From assembly GCA_002699445.1 (NCBI GenBank), contig PAAU01000022.1, forward strand, positions 16,827-80,826: 64,000 bases of DNA. Reading direction: 5' to 3'. Numbering within the stretch: position 1 is the stretch's first letter; every line of letters begins with the position of its first letter. Positions 18,787-27,380 of the stretch are shown here, piece by piece. The notes below the pieces were generated by a model. It saw only the letters and a list, made by a program, of their open reading frames with translations. It was not told the DNA's origin and did not search any database. Both the position numbers and the translations under genes were made by a program. The DNA is from Micrococcales bacterium (GTDB taxonomy: Bacteria; Actinomycetota; Actinomycetes; S36-B12; GCA-2699445).

Positions 18787-20007
18787 CTAAGTGCGATCTG
18801 GGCTCTCCACCCCTGCCACACCATCGAATTGGGCTGCCTCAGCGACCCGTCGAGCCACCTCGACGGCCACCCTCGGGTTGAAGGGACTCGGGATGATGTG
18901 ATCGGGCGCGAGTTCTTCGCCGACGACACCAGCAATAGCCTCTGCTGCAGCGACCTTCATCCGTGGTGTTATTCGACTCGCTTGTACATCCAGCGCACCC
19001 CGGAAGACACCAGGGAAAGCAAGAACATTATTGATTTGATTGGGGTAGTCCGAACGACCCGTAGCTACGATCGCCGCATACTTTTCTGCGGTATTCGGTG
19101 CGATCTCGGGATTTGGATTGGCGAGGGCGAAGATAATGGCGTCTGGAGCCATCTCTGCGATCGCACTTTCCGCGATCTGACCCGCGCTGACTCCGATGAA
19201 GACATCGGCTTCTTCGAGCGCGACCTCGATAGATCCGGAAATACCAGCCCGATTCGTGCCCTCTGCCAACTTTTGCTTCACAGGAGTTAGATCTGTTCTA
19301 GCTGGCTCAATTAAGCCTCGTGAGTCCGCTACGGCGATATCTCCGATCCCGCTATCCAGCAACATATTCGTCACGGCAACCCCGGCGGCCCCAGCGCCGG
19401 ACACCACAACTCGAAGATCCGCGAGCGTCCGCCCCGTGACTTGAGCCGCATTCATCAAAGCGGCCGTCACAACGATCGCGGTCCCATGTTGATCGTCATG
19501 GAAGACAGGGATTTCGAGCACGTCTTGCAGCCGTTCCTCGATTTCAAAGCATCGCGGGGCGGAAATGTCTTCAAGATTTATCCCACCGTAGGCGGGGGCG
19601 ATACGTCGAACGGTCTCGATAATCTCGTCGACATCCGATGTGTCCAAACAGATCGGGACCGCGTCAACGTTAGCGAATTCCTTGAAAAGTAACGCTTTCC
19701 CTTCCATAACCGGTAAGGCTGCTACCGGACCGATATCTCCCAGGCCGAGTACGGCTGTACCGTCGGTAGCTACCAAAACCGTGTTGGATTTCCAGGTTAA
19801 GTCGTAGGCCAAGGAAGGATCCGAGGCGATCGCCTGCGATATACGAGCGACTCCGGGGGTGTAAGCCAACGAGAGTCCCTCGGCGTCACGGATCCTCACC
19901 GTAGGACGAACTTCGATTTTCCCGCCATGATGCAAGGGAAACGCAGGGTCCCGAGAACGCTGGGACTCAGAAGCCGGATGGGACCCCGGACCAGCAGATT
20001 GCGACAC
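18787..20007 (-). CDS. NAD(P)-dependent malic enzyme (short form)
   Basis: 406-aa ORF with LAYTPGVARIS and VVSGAGAAGVAV dinucleotide-binding motifs typical of MaeB-N type malic enzymes. GTG start. Confidence 0.88.
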   Translation of the reverse strand: MSQSAGPGSHPASESQRSRDPAFPLHHGGKIEVRPTVRIRDAEGLSLAYTPGVARISQAIASDPSLAYDLTWKSNTVLVATDGTAVLGLGDIGPVAALPVMEGKALLFKEFANVDAVPICLDTSDVDEIIETVRRIAPAYGGINLEDISAPRCFEIEERLQDVLEIPVFHDDQHGTAIVVTAALMNAAQVTGRTLADLRVVVSGAGAAGVAVTNMLLDSGIGDIAVADSRGLIEPARTDLTPVKQKLAEGTNRAGISGSIEVALEEADVFIGVSAGQIAESAIAEMAPDAIIFALANPNPEIAPNTAEKYAAIVATGRSDYPNQINNVLAFPGVFRGALDVQASRITPRMKVAAAEAIAGVVGEELAPDHIIPSPFNPRVAVEVARRVAEAAQFDGVAGVESPDRT

Positions 20008-20029
20008 GCGACCCCTTTCGCATATACGG

Positions 20030-20977
20030 GTGTTTCGCTGGATATCACCAGACTATGTAATCCTCGCACATGTGCGGATTCCTATAATAATCGTGCTGGC
20101 CGCGGTCGCTTGTACTGCCTGCAGCGCTTCCGAACCGGAGCGCGCCGCCGAACCAACCCGACCGACGGCGGATACTGAGATCGCAAACAGCGTGCCGTCG
20201 CCGATTCGTGATCGTGGCACGCTCAATGTTGCGACTGATCCTAACTATCCACCAATGGAGTTCCTTGACGCTGCCGGAGATCTCACTGGTGCTGAGATTG
20301 AGCTGGTCAATGCTGCCGCCGATGTTATGGATCTGCGGTCTGACTACAGCATCGAAGCGTTTTCTGCCGTGCCCAGCGCTGTTCGTACTGGGCAGTTTGA
20401 TGTCGGTGCGGCCAGTCTCACTATTCGACCGGATCGCGCCCTCCGCAACAACGCAGTTGTATTCGCCGAGTCCGGTTCACAGCTCATTAAGTCCAGCGAT
20501 GCCCAATCGCCCGACCCCAGTTCACTATGCGGACTCGAAGTGGGAGCGCTGGAAGGTACTTTTCAAATCGAACAGCTGCTACGCGAGGCTAATGAATGTC
20601 GACAACAGCAGTTACCCCAGTTGAAGGTCGTCCCGTTTGCTGATCTGGAGTCCGCGACAGTCTCATTGAGCTCAGGGGAGCTGGGGCTACTCTTAACTGA
20701 GAGCATTGTGAGTGGCGACTTACTCACAGATTTTCCGGACCTGCTGACCTCGGTCGGATCGGTGCGAAAGACACTCCCTGTAGCTTGGCTAACGGCGCCA
20801 GACGCACGAAAACTAACGCGCACTATCAAACGAGCCTTACAACGGCTCATCGATTCTGGTTATTACCAATCCGTCATGCAGGAGTACGGCATCACTGCGA
20901 GCTCAATATCTCGCGCTGAGATCATCTGGGCCGAGGATCGTCAGAAAAGCCCAAACCAACGCAAGGGGAGTGGGTAG
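20030..20977 (+). CDS. Amino-acid ABC transporter substrate-binding lipoprotein (SBP family 3), orphan
   Basis: Signal/lipobox region IIIVLAAVACTAC and a family-3 SBP core (NVATDPNYPPMEF). No adjacent permease or ATPase gene. The start is uncertain (GTG 20072 is possible). The 3' end overlaps convergent sodX by 37 nt. Confidence 0.7.
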   Translation: MFRWISPDYVILAHVRIPIIIVLAAVACTACSASEPERAAEPTRPTADTEIANSVPSPIRDRGTLNVATDPNYPPMEFLDAAGDLTGAEIELVNAAADVMDLRSDYSIEAFSAVPSAVRTGQFDVGAASLTIRPDRALRNNAVVFAESGSQLIKSSDAQSPDPSSLCGLEVGALEGTFQIEQLLREANECRQQQLPQLKVVPFADLESATVSLSSGELGLLLTESIVSGDLLTDFPDLLTSVGSVRKTLPVAWLTAPDARKLTRTIKRALQRLIDSGYYQSVMQEYGITASSISRAEIIWAEDRQKSPNQRKGSG

Positions 20978-21315
20978 TAGCGCCCTAGCACCCTTCCCAG
21001 CACGAGTTCAGTTGGGATTGATCCGAGACTTCGACTATCGGTAGACCGATCAGGGTTGTCGCCGAGGACCCACCAGCCCGATAACCGCTGATCAACAATG
21101 CGTTTGACCAAGATGCGATCCAGTACTCGAGGATCTCGGACAGCCACTATCTGGCCCCGCCGCAGTCGCTGAGTGCGCCGGACTAACACCCAGTCGCCAT
21201 CTCGAAGGGTAGGAAGCATCGAGTCCCCCGCGATTGTTGCGGGAAAGATTAGGGAATCGGTTTGCATGAGGTCTCGCGGCTGCATCTCTGTGAGGGTAGG
21301 GTCACGAGAGTACAT
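20941..21315 (-). CDS. sodX: Nickel-type superoxide dismutase maturation protease (S26 family)
   Basis: 124-aa S26 signal-peptidase-like protein with GDSMLPTL (Ser) and VKRI (Lys) motifs. It is divergent from sodN with a 41-bp spacer, the classical sodX-sodN arrangement. Confidence 0.85.
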   Translation of the reverse strand: MYSRDPTLTEMQPRDLMQTDSLIFPATIAGDSMLPTLRDGDWVLVRRTQRLRRGQIVAVRDPRVLDRILVKRIVDQRLSGWWVLGDNPDRSTDSRSLGSIPTELVLGRVLGRYYPLPLRWFGLF

Positions 21316-21356
21316 CTCGACATAGAACTGGCTGTACCGCTAGAGAAAGGAACAAC

Positions 21357-21758
21357 ATGCTCCTCAAATTCCTCACCCCTCGTGTGACGCTCAACGCTCA
21401 TTGCGATTTACCCTGTGGCATCTATGACCCCGCTCAGGCCAAGATCGAGGCCGAGTCGGTTAAGGCGTGCATGGAAAAGCACAACGCCTCGGATGATTCC
21501 GACTTCCGCGGCCGCGCGATCACCATCAAGGAGGACCGCTCGAATCTCGTCAAAGAGCACCTTTGGATTCTATGGACCGATTACTTCAAGCCACCGCACT
21601 TCGAGAAGTACCCCGAACTCAACACGCTGTTCAACGACGCTACCAAGTTGGCTGGAGCTGGCGGTACCAAGGGGACTACCGACGTCGCGGTAGCCGATGA
21701 ACTGCTGGGTAAGATCGACCGTATCTCGGAGATCTTCTGGGAGACCAAGAAAGCCTGA
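21357..21758 (+). CDS. sodN: Nickel-containing superoxide dismutase precursor
   Basis: A 14-aa leader is followed by the Ni-hook HCDLPCGIYDP. The C-terminus IFWETKKA matches Streptomyces SodN. Confidence 0.95.
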   Translation: MLLKFLTPRVTLNAHCDLPCGIYDPAQAKIEAESVKACMEKHNASDDSDFRGRAITIKEDRSNLVKEHLWILWTDYFKPPHFEKYPELNTLFNDATKLAGAGGTKGTTDVAVADELLGKIDRISEIFWETKKA

Positions 21759-21762
21759 TCCG

Positions 21763-22155
21763 GTGACCAATCAGCCTGAGGCCGCGATCCGTCTCACCAT
21801 TCCGGCGTCCAGCGCCTATCTGTCGCTCGCGCGAGCAGCGACTTCGGCAGTGTGCGCCCGTATGGATTTCTCGATTGAACAGATCGAGGACACGACTCTT
21901 GCCGTGAATGAGGCGGCCTCGCTGCTTCTTGTGGATGCACAACCAGATTCTGAGCTGCAGATCAACTGGCAAAGTTCCGCATCCGATTTGCTGGTGGAAC
22001 TGGTTTCACACAGCAGTTCCGGCCGGCCGCCTCGACGCACGACATTCGCCTGGACCGTATTGAGTGCCCTGGTGGATGACGTTGATGCGGTTCTGGCTGC
22101 GGATCGAATTCGTCTTTCGCTCACTGTTCATCCCACAGGGGCGCTGGCCCAGTGA
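21763..22155 (+). CDS. rsbW: Anti-sigma-F factor RsbW/UsfX-like
   Basis: GTG start 4 nt after the sodN stop. FAWTVLSALVDDV resembles M. tuberculosis RsbW FSWHVLTALADDV. There is a 4-nt GTGA overlap with the sigma factor gene. The start is uncertain because the ORF is open back to 21697. Confidence 0.7.
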   Translation: MTNQPEAAIRLTIPASSAYLSLARAATSAVCARMDFSIEQIEDTTLAVNEAASLLLVDAQPDSELQINWQSSASDLLVELVSHSSSGRPPRRTTFAWTVLSALVDDVDAVLAADRIRLSLTVHPTGALAQ

Positions 22156-22943
22156 ATAACAGCACGCACTGGACCGAGCGTGATCGGGAACACGAGCATG
22201 AGTTGCTCGCTCAATTCAAAGGGCTCAAGTCTAGCGATCCCGAATACCAATCGATCCGGGACGAACTCGTACTTATGAACTTGCCTCTTGTCCAACATCT
22301 CGCTCGTCGGTTTCGCGATCGGGGCGAGCCATACGATGACTTAGTTCAGGTGGGCACGATGGGTCTCATCAAAGCGGTCGACAGATTCGATGCGGATCGA
22401 GGCGTCGAACTCTCGACCTACGCCACCCCCACAATCATTGGCGAAATCAAGCGGCACTTCCGAGATCGCGGTTGGGCGATCCGGGTGCCTCGGCGCCTGC
22501 AAGAACTCCGCATCGCCATCAGTCGCGCTTCCGCCGAGCTATCCCAGGGTCTGGGTCGCTCCCCCACCGTTACGGAGATGGCCACACATCTCGACATCTC
22601 CGAGGATGAAGTTCTGGAGGGTCTGCAATCGGCCCAGGCCTATGCGACTGCATCGATAGATTCCTCATCCTCCGATAGTGAGAGTGAAGATGGTGGTGGA
22701 TCGCTGCAAGATGTTTTGGGATCGCTCGACGATGCGATCGAGGACATTGAAAATCGAGAATCATTGAAACCGCTGCTCGCCGAACTTCCCGAGCGCGAGC
22801 GCGCCATCTTGGTTATGCGGTTCTTCCAGGATCGGACTCAGTCCGAAATCGCAGAGGAGCTGGGAATCTCCCAGATGCACGTTTCTCGACTACTGGCTCG
22901 AACACTTACTAAGTTACGTGCCGGCCTAGCGGACGACTACTAA
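22152..22943 (+). CDS. sigF: RNA polymerase sigma factor, SigB/SigF/SigG subfamily (SigF-like)
   Basis: 263-aa ORF with region 2 DDLVQVGTMGLIKAVDRFD and a region 4.2 helix-turn-helix SQSEIAEELGISQMHVSRLL. It lies immediately downstream of rsbW, as in mycobacteria. Confidence 0.88.
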   Translation: MNNSTHWTERDREHEHELLAQFKGLKSSDPEYQSIRDELVLMNLPLVQHLARRFRDRGEPYDDLVQVGTMGLIKAVDRFDADRGVELSTYATPTIIGEIKRHFRDRGWAIRVPRRLQELRIAISRASAELSQGLGRSPTVTEMATHLDISEDEVLEGLQSAQAYATASIDSSSSDSESEDGGGSLQDVLGSLDDAIEDIENRESLKPLLAELPERERAILVMRFFQDRTQSEIAEELGISQMHVSRLLARTLTKLRAGLADDY

Positions 22944-22979
22944 TCACACGACAATCCGCAAATCACACGACAATCCGCA
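22942..22979. repeat. Perfect 19-bp tandem duplication between the convergent sigF and dagK stop codons
   Basis: aatcacacgacaatccgca occurs at 22942-22960 and 22961-22979. Copy 2 encodes the last 5 codons and stop of the lipid kinase. Copy 1 begins inside the sigF stop codon. Confidence 0.95.
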
Positions 22980-23886
22980 AAGCCCGCAACACCGAACTGA
23001 CTTTTACCTCAGTCATCTCGCCGAGACCTTCTCCATCCAGCTGCACGGCGGTTGGGCGATCCGCACGGAGAGTCATCTCTTTCAGATCTCGGCCGACAAA
23101 TAAACCATTGGCCGAGCCAGCTGAACTCCCCATCAACAGTCGGCGAGTCCAGCGTAGGGATGGCAGTACCCGGAGATCACGGATTGCGAATACGTCGAGG
23201 TTGCGGTCGAAACTGGCTTCTGGGTTGGGGTTGACCGGTAAATCGCCAAAGAACGTCCAAGGCGCTGCATTTTGGACGATGGCGACGAAAACGTTGTCAA
23301 TGTCCTCTTCCTTTGGGCGCTCCACCGTAATCATTGGGTTACGGCGGTCAGTGCCCGCGAAGTACTCCCGCAAGGTGGTCATGAAATAGCGAGTAGGAGT
23401 GGCCCGCTTCCCTCGCTCACGGGCTGCCTCCATGGCAGCAATGATCTCCGCATCGAGTCCCATTCCGACACTCATAGTTAGCCAGCGATCCGATGCAATA
23501 CCGAGGTTGATGGTGCGAAATCGCTTATCTTCCAGACCCGCAATAAGCACGCCGGTCGCTTCAACCGGATCACGAGGCAGTCCCGAGGATCGTGCGAGTA
23601 CATTCCCCGATCCGCCTGGCACGGTCGCGAGTGCTGGTACGTTCGGCCCCGGCCCGTCGATGAGAATTCCATTCACAACTTCATTGATAGTGCCGTCACC
23701 ACCAAGGGTCACAACGACATCCATCTGCTTTCTCAGAGCTTGCTCGCCCAACTCTCGGGCGTGGCCACGATGATCCGTGACTGCCACTTCGAGATCTAGC
23801 GTGGCCTGGAGGGCATGAACCAAGACATCTCGCACCCTTGGATTGGTGGTTGTCGCCTTTGGATTGACCACAAGAAGCCCGCGCAT
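22963..23886 (-). CDS. Diacylglycerol kinase family lipid kinase
   Basis: 307-aa ORF with the DAGK catalytic motif VTLGGDGTINEVVNG. Confidence 0.85.
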   Translation of the reverse strand: MRGLLVVNPKATTTNPRVRDVLVHALQATLDLEVAVTDHRGHARELGEQALRKQMDVVVTLGGDGTINEVVNGILIDGPGPNVPALATVPGGSGNVLARSSGLPRDPVEATGVLIAGLEDKRFRTINLGIASDRWLTMSVGMGLDAEIIAAMEAARERGKRATPTRYFMTTLREYFAGTDRRNPMITVERPKEEDIDNVFVAIVQNAAPWTFFGDLPVNPNPEASFDRNLDVFAIRDLRVLPSLRWTRRLLMGSSAGSANGLFVGRDLKEMTLRADRPTAVQLDGEGLGEMTEVKVSSVLRALRIVV

Positions 23887-23980
23887 TACCCGACCCTATT
23901 GCCCACAGCCCCGAACCGCCGACACGACCCCAGAACCGTCAAAGAGGTCGCACTGGCGTTGTCGCTCTAGCCTAGACCTC

Positions 23981-24412
23981 ATGGCAGGTATGGAGCAGCG
24001 GACAGCAGACCGAGTTACCGCCCTGACGGCCGCGGTCCAGGCCGCCTTCTTGATCGGCTACGCGGTAGTGATCGCCTATCTACTCGTCAGCCGCGGTCCC
24101 GAGGGTCCGGAAGAAGTGGCTTCAGGCCCCGGGGTTGCGGCAGAAGTGGTGACTTTCGCGCTATTCGGCGCCGGTGTGGTGGTTGTCGCCGTAGGCCGCT
24201 GGAATGGTCGCTCGTGGAGCACGGTGCCGTTTGTTGTCGTCCAACTGCTCACCTTGACGGTAAGTTTCCCGCTCATACTCGGGCAAGCCAACGAGACTGG
24301 AGCCCGGATAGCTGGCGCTGTAGCGACATTTGCCGCACTCATCGGACTTGGTGCGTTGATTGTGGGCCGTGCCTCTGGCTCCGAGACAAAGGGAAATGTC
24401 GAGGAGAAATAA
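23981..24412 (+). CDS. Integral membrane protein, unknown function
   Basis: 143 aa from ATG 23981, with about four hydrophobic helices. The longer ORF-track start at 23843 overlaps the divergent kinase gene. Confidence 0.55.
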   Translation: MAGMEQRTADRVTALTAAVQAAFLIGYAVVIAYLLVSRGPEGPEEVASGPGVAAEVVTFALFGAGVVVVAVGRWNGRSWSTVPFVVVQLLTLTVSFPLILGQANETGARIAGAVATFAALIGLGALIVGRASGSETKGNVEEK

Positions 24413-24665
24413 CTGAAATCCTGCCGATTCCGGCCAATATCCGACTAATCGCACAGGGTATGTGACGAACACCTCACCCGTTTGCGCAAACCACCTGCCG
24501 ACTCCTCTTGTCGCAACGGCGATCTACTGCCAACCTTGAGGTACTGGAAGACAGCCCCTAATGCGGGCGAAGCCCACGGCTAGAGCGTATCTCACCGCAG
24601 ATTGCGACTCTGCTTTGCCCTGCGCTTTGACTATCTATCAGTGGAACAGCGGCAGAGGAGACCTC

Positions 24666-24917
24666 ATGGACTGGCGTCATATCGCAGCGTGTCGAGACGA
24701 AGAACCCGAATTGTTTTTCCCCATTGGAAATACGGGTCCCGCGCTCGCGCAGATCGAGGATGCCAAGCAGGTCTGCCAGAGCTGCACCGTCCAAGAGGTT
24801 TGCCTGAGTTGGGCCATCGAGACCGGGCAAGACGCTGGCGTCTGGGGCGGTCTGAGCGAGGACGAGCGTCGTTCATTGAAGCGTCGCCGGGCACGTGCCC
24901 GAGCGAAACTTGCTTAA
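24666..24917 (+). CDS. whiB1: WhiB-family Fe-S transcription regulator, WhiB1-like
   Basis: MDWRHIAACRDEEPELFFP...CQSCTVQEVC...GVWGGLSEDERRSLKRR is nearly collinear with M. tuberculosis WhiB1. GAGGAG lies upstream of the ATG. It is adjacent to pdtaS, as in mycobacteria. Confidence 0.92.
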   Translation: MDWRHIAACRDEEPELFFPIGNTGPALAQIEDAKQVCQSCTVQEVCLSWAIETGQDAGVWGGLSEDERRSLKRRRARARAKLA

Positions 24918-24920
24918 TCT

Positions 24921-26426
24921 CTAGAGCGGACAGAGGACGCGGGCTATTGTCGTCGCTTGGCGGGCCGACTCCCCGTCTATTTCGGTGGGCAACTGCCTCG
25001 GCCATATTGGCCGATCTCCACTGCGAATAGCTATACAACCGTGGAGCTGGTCTGCGACTAAGGTCTGAACGATTTCCAGACCTAGGCCCTCGATGTGCCA
25101 AGGGTCGAAGCCGACCCCATCGTCGATAACTCCTAGACGAATCTCTGAGTCGGTACGTTCGTATTCGACCCAGACACGTTGAGCGCCACTATGTTCCATT
25201 GCGTTTAGTATCAACTCCGACAGCACCATAGCGAGTGGTGTCGCGATCTCTGATGGCAGCACTCCGGACGATCCGGATATCTTCACTTGGGGTACGGGGT
25301 GATCCTGAGCCGCAGCGGTGTCCTTCGCCATGGCCAGTATCCGCGGCCCAATGTCATCGAAGTCAACTTGCTCCCCGGGGCTGTGCGCTAATGACTCATG
25401 GACTAAGGCAATCGTGCTAACTCGCGCAACCGCATCGAGCAGGGCAGCTCGCTGCCCACCCAACGGCTGCCGCCTCGCTTGTAGCCGCAGAAGCGCCCCC
25501 ACGGTTTGAAGATTGTTCTTCACTCGGTGGTGAATTTCCCGGATCGTGGCGTCCTTAGAGAGTAGAGCTTTTTCCTGGCTTCGAAGCTCCGTTATGTCCC
25601 GCAGCAAGACCACCGCCCCACCCGGTTGTCCGCCAACAAGTAGCGGCACAGCACGCATGGACGCCACTACGGCTCCGGTACCGAACTCGACCGACCCCAC
25701 TTCCTGACCGGCTGAAATCTGACGGACGGCTCGATCAACTGGTCCCCATTGCCGAACCACTCGGGCCAGAAGATCGGTTAGCGAAGTGCCAACCAACGAC
25801 TGGGATACACCGAGTCGCCGCAGACAGGTCCTCGCATTGGGACTGGCGTAGGTGATCAGACCCTTCTGATCCAGACGCACAATCCCGTCTCCGACTCGAG
25901 GTGCAGCAGCTCCGACTGACTCGGCCACCTCTTCAGGAAAGGTCCCGGCAGAAACCATGGTTAATAGCGCGTCACATGCCGCTAGATAATTATGCTCCAT
26001 ATCGCCGATGCGATGCTGATCAATGGCGCTGTAGCGAGCTAAGACAGCAACAGTGGATCGATCATGACCTACCGGGACTACTTCGACTGGCTCAGAAAGT
26101 TGATGGGGAGCCGGATTGCGATGCCGATCTGTTCCGCTGAGCTGCACGGCTTGGCCGGATTGCATAGCTCGTTCCATAGCAACCGCCCGGGACCGCGGTA
26201 CGAACGCTCCGACTGGATCATCCTTGAAAACTGTCGAAGCCGTTGATGGGCGGACGTGTGCGATGGCGATCCAACCGGCACCATCCCAGGTGCGTACGAA
26301 GAGGACTAAATCAGAAAAACCCAGATCGGCCACTAGCGCCCACTCCCGCACCAACAATCGGAGACGGTTGATCGATTCGGTGCGCAATTCGGTTCGAGTG
26401 CGGACGACGCTTTCCCAGGTGGACAC
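24921..26426 (-). CDS. pdtaS: Cytoplasmic sensor histidine kinase PdtaS (GAF-PAS-HisKA_2-HATPase)
   Basis: 501-aa ORF with no TM segment. HisKA_2 H-box EIHHRVKNNLQ and a C-terminal ATPase domain. Syntenic with whiB1. Confidence 0.85.
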   Translation of the reverse strand: MSTWESVVRTRTELRTESINRLRLLVREWALVADLGFSDLVLFVRTWDGAGWIAIAHVRPSTASTVFKDDPVGAFVPRSRAVAMERAMQSGQAVQLSGTDRHRNPAPHQLSEPVEVVPVGHDRSTVAVLARYSAIDQHRIGDMEHNYLAACDALLTMVSAGTFPEEVAESVGAAAPRVGDGIVRLDQKGLITYASPNARTCLRRLGVSQSLVGTSLTDLLARVVRQWGPVDRAVRQISAGQEVGSVEFGTGAVVASMRAVPLLVGGQPGGAVVLLRDITELRSQEKALLSKDATIREIHHRVKNNLQTVGALLRLQARRQPLGGQRAALLDAVARVSTIALVHESLAHSPGEQVDFDDIGPRILAMAKDTAAAQDHPVPQVKISGSSGVLPSEIATPLAMVLSELILNAMEHSGAQRVWVEYERTDSEIRLGVIDDGVGFDPWHIEGLGLEIVQTLVADQLHGCIAIRSGDRPIWPRQLPTEIDGESARQATTIARVLCPL

Positions 26427-26454
26427 AAGATGAGGATAGAACCTAGTGGCCGCC

Positions 26455-27306
26455 TCAGGTGCGGTTGGCTATAGCGGCAACTAAACGCAGCAACGCTCGG
26501 GGTGACTGCAATAGGAAAAGGGATGGTTCGACCACTTCGATTTCTGCAATCAACGGTTCACCGAACTGATCTCGAATCAGATCCACTCGCGCATACAGTA
26601 AATCGCGCCCGACCCAGTCCAGTACGCGGTCTCCCAACTGACGCTCGTCTGTCGCGATCTCGAGCGCCGCCGAAGTTCGCTCTTCGGCATTTCCTAATCG
26701 CGGTTCCTTGCGCACCGCATGCGTAAACTCGCCGTCGATCCACACGAGGCTGCGCTCGCCGTGCTCTTCGACTGACGGCAGATACGGCTGCACCAGCGTC
26801 TCCCGCTGATCGACTAGATGCCGCCACAATCGCTCACCGCGATTTAGGTCATCGTGCCGCACGCGGTCAGTGAGAAAAGATCCGGCACCCACCGCTGGCT
26901 TGAGTACGACGTCCTCCCAACCCGTTCGATCCATCACCGCAGCTAAGGATTCTTGCGAGCCAACAGGCGGAAACATACTGGGAATCGCCGGCAGACCCGC
27001 GACCGTTGCGTCATGTAGATAACCCTTATGGCAGTTCCACCTGATCACACCTGGCGGATTCCACAAGGGCACAACGTCGCTTGTGCGGTCTATCCAGGTG
27101 AGGAAGTCATCGAGCTGACTGATGTAGTTCCAAGTCGAACGGATTATTGCGAGGTCAAAGTCCTCCCACGACACCTCCGGATCATCCCAGGCGACCAGGT
27201 GGGGATCCAGATCTGCGCGGGCAACCGCCCTCAACAGCAATTCCTGGTCAGGGTCGGGCTCCGGTAGCTGGACACACGTCACGACCGCAATCCTCGAATG
27301 CGTCAC
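26455..27306 (-). CDS. ATP-grasp domain protein (RimK/glutathione-synthetase-like ligase), substrate unknown
   Basis: 283-aa ORF. The N-terminal pre-ATP-grasp region and a C-terminal pattern (VLKPAVGAGS...LVQPYL...YARVD) are typical of ATP-grasp ligases. Confidence 0.6.
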   Translation of the reverse strand: MTHSRIAVVTCVQLPEPDPDQELLLRAVARADLDPHLVAWDDPEVSWEDFDLAIIRSTWNYISQLDDFLTWIDRTSDVVPLWNPPGVIRWNCHKGYLHDATVAGLPAIPSMFPPVGSQESLAAVMDRTGWEDVVLKPAVGAGSFLTDRVRHDDLNRGERLWRHLVDQRETLVQPYLPSVEEHGERSLVWIDGEFTHAVRKEPRLGNAEERTSAALEIATDERQLGDRVLDWVGRDLLYARVDLIRDQFGEPLIAEIEVVEPSLFLLQSPRALLRLVAAIANRT

Positions 27307-27380
27307 TCCCCCAGGCTTACATATTCGAGTCGTTGGTGCCTTGCCGAACTAGCCCGGCTCGGGTCTTGTAGCGTCTTAAT

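Noticed and set aside
20941-20977. 37-nt convergent overlap of the orphan SBP and sodX, and a 20-nt overlap of mrp with the 230-aa membrane protein gene (39926-39945)
   Set aside because: 3'-end overlaps of this size are common in compact actinobacterial genomes. There is no evidence for antisense regulation from sequence alone.
21206-21300. SigF-type promoter (GTTT-N15-17-GGGTA) upstream of sodN, based on two GGGTA motifs
   Set aside because: No GTTT or GGTTT element lies at the required spacing; the nearest GGTTT is 30 nt upstream of the second GGGTA.
24461-24477. CRP-like site upstream of whiB1 (tGTGAcgaacaccTCAC)
   Set aside because: whiB1 is CRP-regulated in M. tuberculosis. The half-sites here are spaced GTGA-N8-TCAC rather than the N6 of the TGTGA-N6-TCACA consensus, so the evidence is insufficient.
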